Assembly: GCA_963823335.1 (NCBI GenBank)
Contig: CAWGLD010000001.1
Span: 512,001 to 576,000, forward strand
DNA length: 64,000 nt
DNA from: an uncultured delta proteobacterium
GTDB lineage: Bacteria > Desulfobacterota > Desulfobacteria > Desulfobacterales > B30-G6
Reading direction: 5' to 3'
In this document: positions 19,118 to 29,316 of the stretch, piece after piece
Position numbering within the stretch: the stretch's first letter is position 1
Layout: each line of letters opens with the position of its first letter
Notes under the pieces: model-generated
Database searches by the model: none
Seen by the model: the letters and a program-made list of their open reading frames with translations, nothing else
Told to the model about the DNA's origin: nothing
Position numbers and translations under genes: made by a program

Positions 19118-20569
19118 ATGATACTTCCCGTCGAGTGGAAAACAGGTCTCCAGTTACTGCCCAAAGATGACCTCATCAAAATTCACGAGGCCAGTCTGCA
19201 GATACTGGAACATACCGGTATGGCCATGCCCCTGGGGGAAAACCGCCTCAACGATCTTGCGGATTTTGGATTGCTGGTGGACCGTAAGACAAATAGGGTC
19301 CGTTTTCCGTCACACATCGTGGAAAGCGCCATCCAACACGCACCTGATTCGTATATCCTCCACGCCAGAAACCCGGAACACGACCTTGTTCTGGACGGGC
19401 ACCACGGATATCTCTGCCTGGACGGCACCGGTCTCAAGGTAAAGAATCTGGATTCCGGCCTGATTAACAAATCCACATACAAGGATCTGGCCGACGCTGC
19501 ACGGGTAGCCGATTTTCTGCCCCAGATTTCCTTTTTGTGGCCCTGCGTCAGCGCCCAGGACCGGCCTTCGGCAACCCAGGCTCTTCACGAGCTGCATGCC
19601 CTGATGCACAATTCCGGAAAGCACATCCAGGCCATGACCGCCGTAAGCCCCCTGACAGCCAAAGGCACGGTAGAAATGGCTGCCGCGGTCGTCGGTGGCA
19701 AAGCCTCCTTGAAAAAAAGACCGATCATCTCCAATTTCCAATCCACCATCAGTCCCTTGACCTGCAGTGCCAGGGGCATGGAGTCGGCCCTGATCTTTGC
19801 AGAGGCCGGTGTTCCCGTCGGCTTTGTGACCATGCAGATCGGTTGTGCCACCGCACCGGCCACCCTGGCCGGCAATATTGCCCTGGGAAACGCGGAAATC
19901 CTGGCCGGCATCACATTTCTGCAGCTTTTTTATCCTGGAACACCCTGCTTCTACGGATCGTATGCCACCATGATGGATCTGAAAACCGGTGGTATGACCG
20001 GTGGCAACCCCGAAGACTTTCTGTTACAGGCGGCTGCCATTCAACTGGCACGACATTACAGACTGCCCATCACCATCGGGACCTATGGGACGGGCGCCGT
20101 GAGCGACGATTGGCGAAGTGGTGTTGAAAATGCCATCTCCGGGGCCGTGAGCCTGTTTGCGAGAGGAGACATGCTCTGTGGGGCGGGTCTGTTGGATTGT
20201 GCCACGATTTTCTCTTTTGAACAACTGATCAAGGATTGCGAGATATACGACATCTTGAGAATCGTCAGCAGCGGTATATCCGTTACACCGGAAACCCTCG
20301 CCCTTGACGACATTCATGCCACGGGGCCTGAAAACCACTACATGATCAGCGATCACACCCTGAAGCACATGCATGAAATCTGGCAACCCACGGTCAAGGG
20401 ACGCCCCGCTGTCAACACACCCTCATACCCGGGTGCCTCTGAATCTGGCGCCACCGCTGCAGAAAAAGCCCGGGAAATTTTAAAGAACCACGTCCCCATT
20501 CCCCTGGACAATGCCGATCAGGTCCAGGAAATTCTCGACGCCTACGACCGCCTGGCAATGGAAACATAA
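19118..20569 (+). CDS. Trimethylamine methyltransferase (MttB) superfamily protein, non-pyrrolysine
   Basis: IHEASLQILE..G, APATLAG....NAEILAG, GAGLL....FSFEQLI.DCEI; no in-frame TAG; upstream TTGACA at 19010. Confidence 0.88.
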   Translation: MILPVEWKTGLQLLPKDDLIKIHEASLQILEHTGMAMPLGENRLNDLADFGLLVDRKTNRVRFPSHIVESAIQHAPDSYILHARNPEHDLVLDGHHGYLCLDGTGLKVKNLDSGLINKSTYKDLADAARVADFLPQISFLWPCVSAQDRPSATQALHELHALMHNSGKHIQAMTAVSPLTAKGTVEMAAAVVGGKASLKKRPIISNFQSTISPLTCSARGMESALIFAEAGVPVGFVTMQIGCATAPATLAGNIALGNAEILAGITFLQLFYPGTPCFYGSYATMMDLKTGGMTGGNPEDFLLQAAAIQLARHYRLPITIGTYGTGAVSDDWRSGVENAISGAVSLFARGDMLCGAGLLDCATIFSFEQLIKDCEIYDILRIVSSGISVTPETLALDDIHATGPENHYMISDHTLKHMHEIWQPTVKGRPAVNTPSYPGASESGATAAEKAREILKNHVPIPLDNADQVQEILDAYDRLAMET

Positions 20570-20626
20570 ACCCAGATTTCTTTTGAAAATAATATTTCAC
20601 AGGCAATCTGGATTAGCGGAACGGGT

Positions 20627-21865
20627 TCAAGCGAGTTCTCCCAAAGCCTCAACCAGCCTGCTGACGTCCTGCTCGCTGTTGTAATGCACGAGACTTATCC
20701 TGACGACCCCATCCTCCGGATCCCGGATACCCAGAGCCTCCAGGCAACGAAGTGCATAAAAATCCCCGTTGCGCACCGCAATATCCCTTTCCACAAGCTT
20801 TTTGACGGCAGCACCCGAAGACGTGCCGTCTATGGTAAAGGAAATGGTTGCCGCGCGTGATCCTGTCAGGGCTCGATCCTGGCCGATGATTCTCGAACCG
20901 GGGATACCCTTGACAGCCTCTAAAATCCGATTTGCCTGAACGGTTTCATGTTCGGAAAAAAGCTCGAATACCCTTGCGGCCCTGGCGTGAAAACCGGGTT
21001 GCGCTTCATCGAAATGATGCTCGTAAATGGCCTCGATGTACTCCTGGAGACCGGCCAGAGCACCGATTTGAGCATGCAGAGGGCCTGCGGGGTTGAAATT
21101 GTAGTGGGGGGTATCCCTGTGGAAGTAATGCCCCTGAGGCTCGATGGTGTCCAGAATCGCCGGTCTGCCCCACATGACTCCCAAATGAGTCCCGAAGGTC
21201 TTATAGGTGCTGAACAGGTAAAAATCTAGACCGCTGGCATTTACGTCCAGCACGCGGTGAGGGGCAAACGATACCCCGTCGCCGATGGCTATCGCACCCG
21301 CATCATGGGCCATGCTGCAGATGGCTTCAAAATCGTTCATGGTTCCCACGATGTTGGAGCAGAGGGAAAAACAGACCAGGCGGGTGTTGCCGCTGATCAG
21401 ACGCTCTAGATCTTCCAAAGAGAGCTCACCGGTTTGTGGATCGATACGCCACTCTTTCAGGACTGCCCCGAACGCATCCAATCGACGCCAGGATCCGATA
21501 TTGGCCTCGTGGTCCTGGTTGGTGACGATAATCTCGTTGCCCGGCTTTAACGTTGGCCGGATAGCCTGGGCCAGCACATAAGTATTCATGGACGTTGAAG
21601 GACCCAGGGTCAGCTCGTCCGGGTGGCAGTTAAGCAGACCGGCTATAGCCAGGTAACCGGCATCCATACTCTCGCCGGCGGCAATAGAAGACTGGAAGGG
21701 GCCATATGGCTGGACCTTGGTGAACTGGAAAAACGCGTGCAGGCGGTCGATAACCTGGTGCGGGACATAAGAGCCGCCTGCATTTTCGAACATGGCCCAA
21801 CGTGCGGTTTCAGGGTTGCTAAAAACAGGGTACTGGGCGCGGATAAATTCCAAATCTAATGCCAT
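20627..21865 (-). CDS. Class V PLP aminotransferase / cysteine desulfurase-like protein
   Basis: FENAGGS, DHEANI, DGVSFAPH, FSTYKTFG (PLP lysine), RISLVHYN. Confidence 0.9.
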   Translation of the reverse strand: MALDLEFIRAQYPVFSNPETARWAMFENAGGSYVPHQVIDRLHAFFQFTKVQPYGPFQSSIAAGESMDAGYLAIAGLLNCHPDELTLGPSTSMNTYVLAQAIRPTLKPGNEIIVTNQDHEANIGSWRRLDAFGAVLKEWRIDPQTGELSLEDLERLISGNTRLVCFSLCSNIVGTMNDFEAICSMAHDAGAIAIGDGVSFAPHRVLDVNASGLDFYLFSTYKTFGTHLGVMWGRPAILDTIEPQGHYFHRDTPHYNFNPAGPLHAQIGALAGLQEYIEAIYEHHFDEAQPGFHARAARVFELFSEHETVQANRILEAVKGIPGSRIIGQDRALTGSRAATISFTIDGTSSGAAVKKLVERDIAVRNGDFYALRCLEALGIRDPEDGVVRISLVHYNSEQDVSRLVEALGELA

Positions 21866-21881
21866 AATCCGATTTCCTATA

Positions 21882-21937
21882 TAGGGGTTGTCAGAAAAAC
21901 GTTCCGATTGAGGACTTTTTTTCTGCTACAACCCCTT
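21882..21937. repeat. Inverted repeat resembling a pair of collapsed IS ends
   Basis: TAGGGGTTGTCAGAAAAA ... TTTTTCTGCTACAACCCCT. Confidence 0.45.
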
Positions 21938-22013
21938 ATGCCGCCATCCTATTTTCGGAACATTATTATGACAAGCGGTATAAACTCAGCTTTCTATAAC
22001 CATCTCTTCTGTT

Positions 22014-22775
22014 TTAAAGAATATGAGCCAGGAACTGCTTGCTGCGCTCCTTCTTGGGATTGGTGAACATCTCTTCTGGGGAACCCTCTTCTATCCAGTT
22101 GCCGCCGTCCATGATAAACACCCGGGTGGAAACATCACGAGCAAAATGCATCTCGTGGGTCACGGCAATAATGGTCATGCCTTCATTGGCCAGGCGCTCC
22201 ATTACATCCACAACCTCTCCCACCAGTTCAGGATCAAGGGCCGATGTGGGTTCATCAAAAAGCATTATCTTGGGTTTCATTGCCAGGCTCCGGGCAATGG
22301 CAACACGCTGCTGCTGACCACCCGAAAGACGCGCCGGAAATTCATCCCGCTTATCAGAAAGACCCACCCAGTCAAGCAGCTCCTCGGCATAGGGAGTGGC
22401 CTCTTTTTTGGACTGGCCCAATACCGTCACGGGTCCTTCGATGACATTTCCGATGGCGGTCATGTGGGGAAACAGGTTAAAGGCCTGAAAACACATCCCG
22501 GTCTTTTTGCGGATATCCAGGATCTTTGCTGCATGATCCTTTGATCTTTCACCGGCTTTAATCACCACGCCATCCACCTCAATGGTCCCGGCCGTAGGCT
22601 CTTCCAGAAAATTGATACAGCGCAGCAGGGTGCTCTTACCCGATCCGGAAGGACCCAGGATCGATACCACCTCGCCCACACTCACATCCAGATCGATACC
22701 GGCCAGCACATGCAGATCCCGGCCAAAGACCTTGTGAAGATTTCGAATTTTGACCATTACGTTACTGTTGCTCAT
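22014..22775 (-). CDS. Polar amino-acid ABC transporter ATP-binding protein (GlnQ-like)
   Basis: GPSGSGKS, LSGGQQQRVAIAR, FDEPTSALDPE. Confidence 0.95.
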   Translation of the reverse strand: MSNSNVMVKIRNLHKVFGRDLHVLAGIDLDVSVGEVVSILGPSGSGKSTLLRCINFLEEPTAGTIEVDGVVIKAGERSKDHAAKILDIRKKTGMCFQAFNLFPHMTAIGNVIEGPVTVLGQSKKEATPYAEELLDWVGLSDKRDEFPARLSGGQQQRVAIARSLAMKPKIMLFDEPTSALDPELVGEVVDVMERLANEGMTIIAVTHEMHFARDVSTRVFIMDGGNWIEEGSPEEMFTNPKKERSKQFLAHIL

Positions 22776-23638
22776 CCGTTTTCCCCTCTCTCTCCCCGGG
22801 CCATATGTTTTTCGATTTTCTCCTGTACGGTCTGCAGGACAATACACATCACCCAGTAGATCACCGCCACCAGGATCAGCATCTCCAGGGACTGAAAATG
22901 TCGCCGCCCGATTTTTATGGCCCGGAAGCTAAGTTCCCAGACCCCCATCAGAGAAACCAGTGAAGAGTCCTTGACCATGGCGATAAATTCATTGGAAACA
23001 GGAGGAACAATGACCCGCAGGGCCTGGGGAAAGATGACCCTGCGCATGGTCTGGGCGCCGGTCATACCCAGCGCTTTGGCCGCCTCGTTCTGGCCAATCT
23101 TTATGGATTGTATTCCGGCGCGTACTGTTTCGGTCATATAGGCACCGTAGCACACGGCCAGAGCCAGGATACCAGCCGGTATGGCGGGCAGGGTCAAATA
23201 TTTCTGGATTCCCACAAAGCCAAGCTCCTGCAGGGCGCCACCGATCTGAGGAAGAGCAAGGTACCACATGTAAACCTGCACCAGAAGGGGCGTACCCCGG
23301 ATCAACGACACATATAGGGTGGCCATAGCGTTCAAGATTGGATTTCGGGAAAGTCTGCCCAGGGCACCGATGACGGATAAAACACAGGCCAGACTTATTG
23401 CCAGAACCGAGACCATCAGGGTAAACCCGAGTCCTGTGAGAATAAACCCGAGCCACTTGGCCATAAATTTAAAGTCGAGACCCAGCACAACCAGGCCCAG
23501 AACAAGCAGCAAAACCATACAGGCAAGGGAAATTTTTATATTTCGATTGAAGTTCTTGCGTCTGGTATCTATGCGCTTCATGACCTCAAGCGCTTCCGTG
23601 GGAATGCCTCGCACCGCAACACTGTTGAGTTGGTTCAT
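22772..23638 (-). CDS. Polar amino-acid ABC transporter permease
   Basis: RGTPLLVQ, EAA loop (GQNEAAKALG), KDSSL. Confidence 0.95.
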   Translation of the reverse strand: MNQLNSVAVRGIPTEALEVMKRIDTRRKNFNRNIKISLACMVLLLVLGLVVLGLDFKFMAKWLGFILTGLGFTLMVSVLAISLACVLSVIGALGRLSRNPILNAMATLYVSLIRGTPLLVQVYMWYLALPQIGGALQELGFVGIQKYLTLPAIPAGILALAVCYGAYMTETVRAGIQSIKIGQNEAAKALGMTGAQTMRRVIFPQALRVIVPPVSNEFIAMVKDSSLVSLMGVWELSFRAIKIGRRHFQSLEMLILVAVIYWVMCIVLQTVQEKIEKHMARGERGENG

Positions 23639-23773
23639 TTCGTCTCCAAACTGCATCCCGTTTAAAGAATCACGTTTTGCATATTGCCGCGCCGGCCAAG
23701 ATAATTACCCGTACTTTAACTATAAGCTATCTCAAAAATGTCTTTTGGCCGAAATGTTTATAAAAAGGGGAAC

Positions 23774-23813
23774 CCGGTTTCCCTCCATGCAAAAACTGAC
23801 TGGGGGAAACCGG
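23774..23813 (-). terminator. Stem-loop after the SBP gene (attenuator or mRNA stabiliser)
   Basis: CCGGTTTCCC...GGGAAACCGG. Confidence 0.5.
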
Positions 23814-23828
23814 AGATATCAAGAAATA

Positions 23829-24677
23829 CTACAGCTTGGGAATGAGGTCAGTGCCGTAAAACTGCATGGAAAGAGCTACCAGTGTTCCGTCTTCATACAT
23901 GGAAGAGAGAACCTCGTTCAGTTTTTTTATCAAAGACTCACTATCGGGCCGGCTCTTGTCGAGTGCAACACTCAGGTGTTCATAAAAGGCAGGCTCACCC
24001 AGCATCTTTATGGGGCAGCCGCCGCCACAGCCTGATTTCTCGGCTTCAAAAATGGTCGGTTTGGCGGTGAGCACTGCGTCAAGCCGGACACCATCACCCA
24101 GGGCTATATCTTCTATGGCATTGGCATCTGTCGGATAGGTAGTGACTTTACTCGCTTTCCAATCCGGATACTCAATCTTGACGCCCACCAGTTCAAGGTC
24201 TTTATTAAGATATCGGTCATAGGTGGTTTCGGTTCCTACACCGATGCGCTTGCCGGCCAGGTCCTTGATGCTTTTGATGCTGGTATTGTCTTTGTGTACG
24301 GCAAACTGGGCGGGTGTGCTGTAATAGGGCATGGTGAAATGGAGTGCCTTCACGCGCTCCGCCGTGGGGGTCATGGAGCCGATGGAGATATCCCAGCGTT
24401 TGCCCCAATTGCCGGAAGTGATAAGATCCCAGTCCGGTGTTACGAATTCAACCTTTACACCCAGGCGTTTGGCAACCTCCTTGGCCACGCTGATATCAAA
24501 ACCTTCCAGTTCACCCTTGTCGTTGAGAAAACTCTGGGGGGCATAGTTGGCATCTGTGGAGACCTTTATAACCCCGGCCGCCATTATCTCATCCAGAACG
24601 GAGCCGGCAAAAGCACTGCCAGCGCCTAAAATTACAAAACTGACGGCCAACAATCCCACAAACAATCGTTTTTTCAT
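23829..24677 (-). CDS. Polar amino-acid ABC transporter substrate-binding protein
   Basis: Signal peptide; YAPQSF, GFDI, GSMTPTAER. Confidence 0.93.
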   Translation of the reverse strand: MKKRLFVGLLAVSFVILGAGSAFAGSVLDEIMAAGVIKVSTDANYAPQSFLNDKGELEGFDISVAKEVAKRLGVKVEFVTPDWDLITSGNWGKRWDISIGSMTPTAERVKALHFTMPYYSTPAQFAVHKDNTSIKSIKDLAGKRIGVGTETTYDRYLNKDLELVGVKIEYPDWKASKVTTYPTDANAIEDIALGDGVRLDAVLTAKPTIFEAEKSGCGGGCPIKMLGEPAFYEHLSVALDKSRPDSESLIKKLNEVLSSMYEDGTLVALSMQFYGTDLIPKL

Positions 24678-25047
24678 TTAGCATCTCCTTTTGATAAATT
24701 AATAATAACCCCCCCGGGCCGGAGGAGCGCCTAAAAACAAGACATGTGGCCCAATTTCGCCTGACGGTAATGACCCGTAACATGGGGTAACCGACAGGAC
24801 TGCAAATCACACATTATCAAAATATTTTTTCTCCCTCTCAGAGAGGGTTTGTTTACAGTAGTATGTTTTGTGCAGAAACCAGTTAAAAAAGTCGTGGCCC
24901 AAGCGATCGCGCCCTGGGGTCACAAGTCATCGATTCTTCACTGGTAGAGAGATGATCCAAAATATAAGAGCTTGCTTTTTTCTAAATCGAGTATGCCAAA
25001 ACGATACATGTGCGTCAACAGCTTATTGAAGTTATGAAACGCTCTAC

Positions 25048-25539
25048 TCAGGTGATTTTTTTGGTCATGAACAATTGATCCCCGGCTTCTTGAGCCAGGA
25101 ATGAATCCTCGAAGCCATTTCTGCGGTAGAGTCTGCGGGCGGTGGTATTGTTCTCCTGAACTTCAAGGGTTATCTTGCAACAGCCCATGTCACGGGCAAT
25201 GGTTTCAATTTCTCTCAGGAAAGCCCTGCCAATCCCCTGACCCCTGAAATCTTCCAGCACCATAAAATCATGGATGTTTATCAGTGGTTTTGCATGAAAC
25301 GTCGAAAATCCCAAAAAACAGATACTCATGCCCACATAGCCTTTGTCAATTCTGGCCAGCAAGACAACGGCATTTTGCATGCGCTCCAAACCAGGCACCA
25401 ATGCATGCAGCACATGACCTTTGATGGCTTTTCGAAAGCCCAGCAAGCCCTTTGCATAGGCATTCAACAAATAGGGTATGGCAGACCGTTGCGCGGGGTC
25501 CGTGTAGTCCGCCCGAAGGATATCAACGTTACGTGTCAC
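25048..25539 (-). CDS. GNAT family N-acetyltransferase
   Basis: FRGQGIG acetyl-CoA motif; LEVQENN..ARRLY...GF. Confidence 0.92.
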   Translation of the reverse strand: MTRNVDILRADYTDPAQRSAIPYLLNAYAKGLLGFRKAIKGHVLHALVPGLERMQNAVVLLARIDKGYVGMSICFLGFSTFHAKPLINIHDFMVLEDFRGQGIGRAFLREIETIARDMGCCKITLEVQENNTTARRLYRRNGFEDSFLAQEAGDQLFMTKKIT

Positions 25540-25637
25540 CAGGTATCTCCTTTGATTGTTTATATTTTTGCTATCCCCGTGACATGCGAAGCACTGCCGC
25601 AGGCAGAACCCACAGAGAATGTGTTCGTTGCTGCGCT

Positions 25638-26477
25638 TCAGGCACCACTGAATCGCGGGTCCCGTTTTTCCATACGCGCATTCAGGGCTTCCATAAAATC
25701 AGAAGTTGCAAACCCACGGTTCAATCCCTCGTTCTCCAGATCAAGGGCCCGCGACACGGCCTCGATCATGGGTTTGTGTAGAATTTCTTTGGAGAGACGA
25801 ACGGCCAGTCCCGCCCCCTGCGGTGGAATCAGCTTGCAGGTCTGCGCTCTCGCAAACCGCAGAAGTTCACTGTGGGGCAGCACCTGGTTGACCAGCCCCA
25901 GGTCATACAGTCTCTCGGCGCTCAGCCGCTCTCCAAAAAACATGATCTCTTTGGCCCGCTGCAAACCGATCAGGCGTGGCAAAAGATAACTCGAAGCCAG
26001 CTCCGGCACCAGACCCAGGCGTATGAAGGGCAGCTTTACCCAGGCATGCTCGGACATATAGATCAGATCGGCACACGCCAGGGGTATGGTAAAGCCTCCA
26101 CCGATGGCCAGACCGTTGATGGCCGCTACCATCGGTTTGGTAAATTTCCAGAGCTTGAGACAGAGACGTTTCTGGGCAAGGTCGGTCAGATCCACCTCCT
26201 GCCTGGTCTCCTCGTCCAGAGCTTCCAGTTCGGCAAAGTCGAGATACATACCACTGCTGAAAGCTTCCTGAGCCGGGTCTGTCTTGTCTGCTGATACCGC
26301 ACCTGTCAATATCATGGCCGACGCTGTTTCGTCGTTTTCCACAGCCTCTACGGCACGGTAGAGATCCAAAAGCATCACAATGCCCAGGGCATTCTTGATC
26401 TCGGGTCTGTTCAACGTCACCTGAACGATACCGTTTTCAGGATCTTTTTCATAGCGTATCTGTTTGAACTCCATCAT
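25638..26477 (-). CDS. Enoyl-CoA hydratase/isomerase family protein
   Basis: LNRPEIKNA, FSSG, AAINGLAIGGG, GLVPE; start at MMEFKQ after AGGAGG. Confidence 0.9.
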   Translation of the reverse strand: MMEFKQIRYEKDPENGIVQVTLNRPEIKNALGIVMLLDLYRAVEAVENDETASAMILTGAVSADKTDPAQEAFSSGMYLDFAELEALDEETRQEVDLTDLAQKRLCLKLWKFTKPMVAAINGLAIGGGFTIPLACADLIYMSEHAWVKLPFIRLGLVPELASSYLLPRLIGLQRAKEIMFFGERLSAERLYDLGLVNQVLPHSELLRFARAQTCKLIPPQGAGLAVRLSKEILHKPMIEAVSRALDLENEGLNRGFATSDFMEALNARMEKRDPRFSGA

Positions 26478-26484
26478 GCCTCCT

Positions 26485-27915
26485 TTATCCCAAGCGTGAC
26501 AGGCTCTTGCGGGCAACTTCCCAGAGGCCCTCGGCCAGGGTCGGATGCGCATGGATCGTCTCCGCCAGATCCCGGGTGGTAATTCCCATTTTGATTGCCA
26601 GAACCGCCTCCGCAATCAATTCCGTGGCATGCTCTCCAATGATATGCACACCCAGAACACGACCAGAGGGCTTCTCGGTTATCATCTTGACCTGGCCGGA
26701 CAGTTCACCTTTGGCCTGGGACATCCCCAGTTCCCTGAAAAGAAATGTGTCTGCAGTATAATCGATTCCCGCGGTCTTTGTTTCACTTTCAGTGAGTCCC
26801 ACGTCGGCCACCTCCGGAAAGGTATAAATTCCGGACGGTACAGCCCCATAGTCCATCCGACGTTGACCACCCAGACAGTTTTCCACGGCCACGAGACCTT
26901 CCATGGACGCCACATGTGCCAGCATGATTTTCTGCGGTCCCAAGATATCCCCAATGGCGTAGACATCTGCAACCTGGGTCTCCATCTTCTGGTTGGCAGG
27001 AACCCAGCCCTTCTTGTCCAGGCCGATCCCCATGCGCGCAAGACCGATGCCATTGGAATTGGGCGCACGACCGACGGTCAGAAAAATTGCATCCGCCTGG
27101 ACTTGACGGTCCTGAGAGTATGCAGGGAGAGGTTGTTCGTAAAACGGCGATGGGCCGAGGGTAACCATGACCCTCCCGTCCGGCGTTGACTGAAAATCGG
27201 CAATGGTCGTCTTCAAGTGAACCGTGATCTTGTCTTTTTTCATTTCCCTTAGCAGGGTCTTGCTCATGTCCACGTCTACGCTGGGCAGGGGTATCAGGCG
27301 CTCCATGGCCTCCACGACAATCACTTCGGAGCCGAATTGTTTGAAAATGGAGGCAAACTCGGCACCGATTACACCGCCACCCAGAATAATGATTTTAGCA
27401 GGTATGTTTTCCAGTTTCAAAACATCATCCGAGGACAAGATGTGCTTACCGTCGAAAGAAAGGTTCGGCAGACCCTGGGGATGGGAGCCTGTTGCCAGTA
27501 TGAGCTTGTCCCCCACCACTTCGTGGGAGTTGCCCTCCGGATCCACCACCCGGACAAGGTGCGGGTCGACAACTTCCCCGGTACCTTTGATCAGGGTCAC
27601 CTTCCCGTCCTTGAAGGCTTTTTCGATACCGCTCACCAGGGTTGCCACCACCTTGTCCTTGCGGGCCATGATGGCCGTAAAATCGGGTCGGATCTCCCCT
27701 GAAAAATCGATGCCGTAGGTCTTGAGTCGTTCCGCTTTCCTGACCGCCTCCGCCGAACTCTTCAACGTTTTGGTGGGAATACAACCCCAGTTCAGGCAGG
27801 TTCCCCCGAGATTGTCATTCTCGACAACCGTCACCCGGGCACCCAGTTCCGCTCCTCTCAAGGCGGCCACATACCCACCTGGCCCGCCACCTATAATGGT
27901 AATCCGTATGGACAT
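26485..27915 (-). CDS. lpdA: Dihydrolipoyl dehydrogenase
   Basis: GGGPGGY, GGTCLNWGCIPTK redox disulfide, HAHPTLAE. Confidence 0.93.
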   Translation of the reverse strand: MSIRITIIGGGPGGYVAALRGAELGARVTVVENDNLGGTCLNWGCIPTKTLKSSAEAVRKAERLKTYGIDFSGEIRPDFTAIMARKDKVVATLVSGIEKAFKDGKVTLIKGTGEVVDPHLVRVVDPEGNSHEVVGDKLILATGSHPQGLPNLSFDGKHILSSDDVLKLENIPAKIIILGGGVIGAEFASIFKQFGSEVIVVEAMERLIPLPSVDVDMSKTLLREMKKDKITVHLKTTIADFQSTPDGRVMVTLGPSPFYEQPLPAYSQDRQVQADAIFLTVGRAPNSNGIGLARMGIGLDKKGWVPANQKMETQVADVYAIGDILGPQKIMLAHVASMEGLVAVENCLGGQRRMDYGAVPSGIYTFPEVADVGLTESETKTAGIDYTADTFLFRELGMSQAKGELSGQVKMITEKPSGRVLGVHIIGEHATELIAEAVLAIKMGITTRDLAETIHAHPTLAEGLWEVARKSLSRLG

Positions 27916-27979
27916 GTCTCATCCCTTTCCAAAAATTGAACCTCATCCAGCGCTGGGAAGAGCACTGAATGAATTTCAA

Positions 27980-28123
27980 TTGAACCGAAACAGCGAGCGC
28001 ATTCCCCGTAGGTTCTGCCGTCCGGCAGTGCTTCGCATGCTGCGGGGGTTAGCGAGCGAATCTAAATTAGACAGAATTCCTTACGGTCGAAGATTCCTCG
28101 TAGCTTGCTGCGAGGTTCTTCAA
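27980..28123. mobile_element. 144-bp non-coding dispersed element (MITE-like) with TTGAA/TTCAA ends and internal hairpins
   Basis: Second copy at 18770-18907; 18-nt terminal remnant at 2986-3003; hairpin CCTCGTAGCTTGCTGCGAGG. Confidence 0.72.
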
Positions 28124-28241
28124 TATAGAAAAACCAAGCCTTTCTGTCAAAATAAAATCGTTACAATGCTGCTCCTGGGACCGAAAGGTTATTTTGACAA
28201 ATGCTATATGCGGAAGAACGGATCGGAGAATCCCTATCTTA

Positions 28242-28271
28242 TTGACATATCCTGAGCTTTTTATATATTAT
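28242..28271 (+). promoter_or_regulatory. Putative sigma70 promoter
   Basis: TTGACA, then TATATT/TATTAT at 16-18 nt spacing. Confidence 0.5.
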
Positions 28272-28331
28272 CTTTTTTTGGTCACGCACTGAAAAGAACG
28301 TTGTTCACCAACACTAACAGGAGGAGACATT

Positions 28332-29123
28332 ATGAAAAAAGTAGGGATTCTTTTGATCGTTTTGGCGCTGGTAATGGCCGCAGCTGCTGTTCAGGCCAAG
28401 GACTGGAAGGTTGTACGCATCGGTGTGGAAGGTGCCTACCCCCCCTTCAGCTGGGTGACACCCGATGGGGAGCTGAAAGGATTTGACATTGATATCGCCA
28501 AGGCCCTCGTGGAAGCCATGGGTGCCGAGGTCAAGCTGGTGCCCCAGGACTGGGACGGCATCATTCCGGCCCTGCTGGCAAAAAAATACGACGCCATTAT
28601 CGCCTCCATGTCCATCACCGAAGAGCGCAAGCAAAAGGTTGCGTTTACCAACAAGTACTACAACACACCTGCCAAGTTCGTGTGCAAGAAGGGCGCCATG
28701 AAGGACTTTACCCGGGCAGAGGTCGCCCAGGCCACCAAAGGCAAGAGTATCGGTGTTCAGCGTGCCACCATCCACGACAATTTTATCACCGATAACGGCG
28801 GCGAAGGCGTTTCCATTAAGCGCTACGGCACCCAGGACGACGCTTATCTGGATCTGGTGGCCGGCCGTGTGGACATGCTCCTGGCAGACAGTGTCGCCAT
28901 CGACGACGGTTTTTTACAGAAGCCGGAAGGGCAGGATTTCCAGTTCATCGGGCCGGACCTGTCTGAAAAGAAATACTTCGGTGAAGGCGCCGGGATCGCC
29001 ATCCGCAAGGAAGACACGGACCTGGTGGAGCTGTTCAACGAAGCCATCGTGAAAATCCGCCAGGACGGCACCTATAAAATGATCCAGGACAAGTACTTCC
29101 AATTCAACGTTTACGGCGAATAA
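28332..29123 (+). CDS. Lysine/arginine/ornithine (ArgT/HisJ-like) ABC substrate-binding protein
   Basis: EGAYPPFS, GFDIDIA, QDWDGIIPALLAKKYDAIIASMSITEER. Confidence 0.92.
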   Translation: MKKVGILLIVLALVMAAAAVQAKDWKVVRIGVEGAYPPFSWVTPDGELKGFDIDIAKALVEAMGAEVKLVPQDWDGIIPALLAKKYDAIIASMSITEERKQKVAFTNKYYNTPAKFVCKKGAMKDFTRAEVAQATKGKSIGVQRATIHDNFITDNGGEGVSIKRYGTQDDAYLDLVAGRVDMLLADSVAIDDGFLQKPEGQDFQFIGPDLSEKKYFGEGAGIAIRKEDTDLVELFNEAIVKIRQDGTYKMIQDKYFQFNVYGE

Positions 29124-29199
29124 CTTCGTTTTACGAATTTATGTGACGCGACTTCGTCGCTATTTTGGAAACCAAGCGAGTATCAATTTCTTTCAACCT

Positions 29200-29224
29200 A
29201 ACGGGGGAGAATTTCTCCCCCGTT
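29200..29224 (+). terminator. Rho-independent terminator
   Basis: AACGGGGGAGA-ATT-TCTCCCCCGTT followed by TATCTT. Confidence 0.65.
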
Positions 29225-29316
29225 TATCTTGAGTAAGCAGGACAGCTATAAGCATTGAGCCATAAGCTGTTAGCATGCTTATAGCTTAATGCTTACTGCT
29301 TAAAAAAGGCCAAACA

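Noticed and set aside
19118-20569. Pyrrolysine in MttB
   Set aside because: The ORF has no in-frame TAG.
24690-24960. Riboswitch in the long leader of the amino-acid ABC operon
   Set aside because: Some pairing potential but no aptamer consensus I can recognise; an Rfam search would decide.
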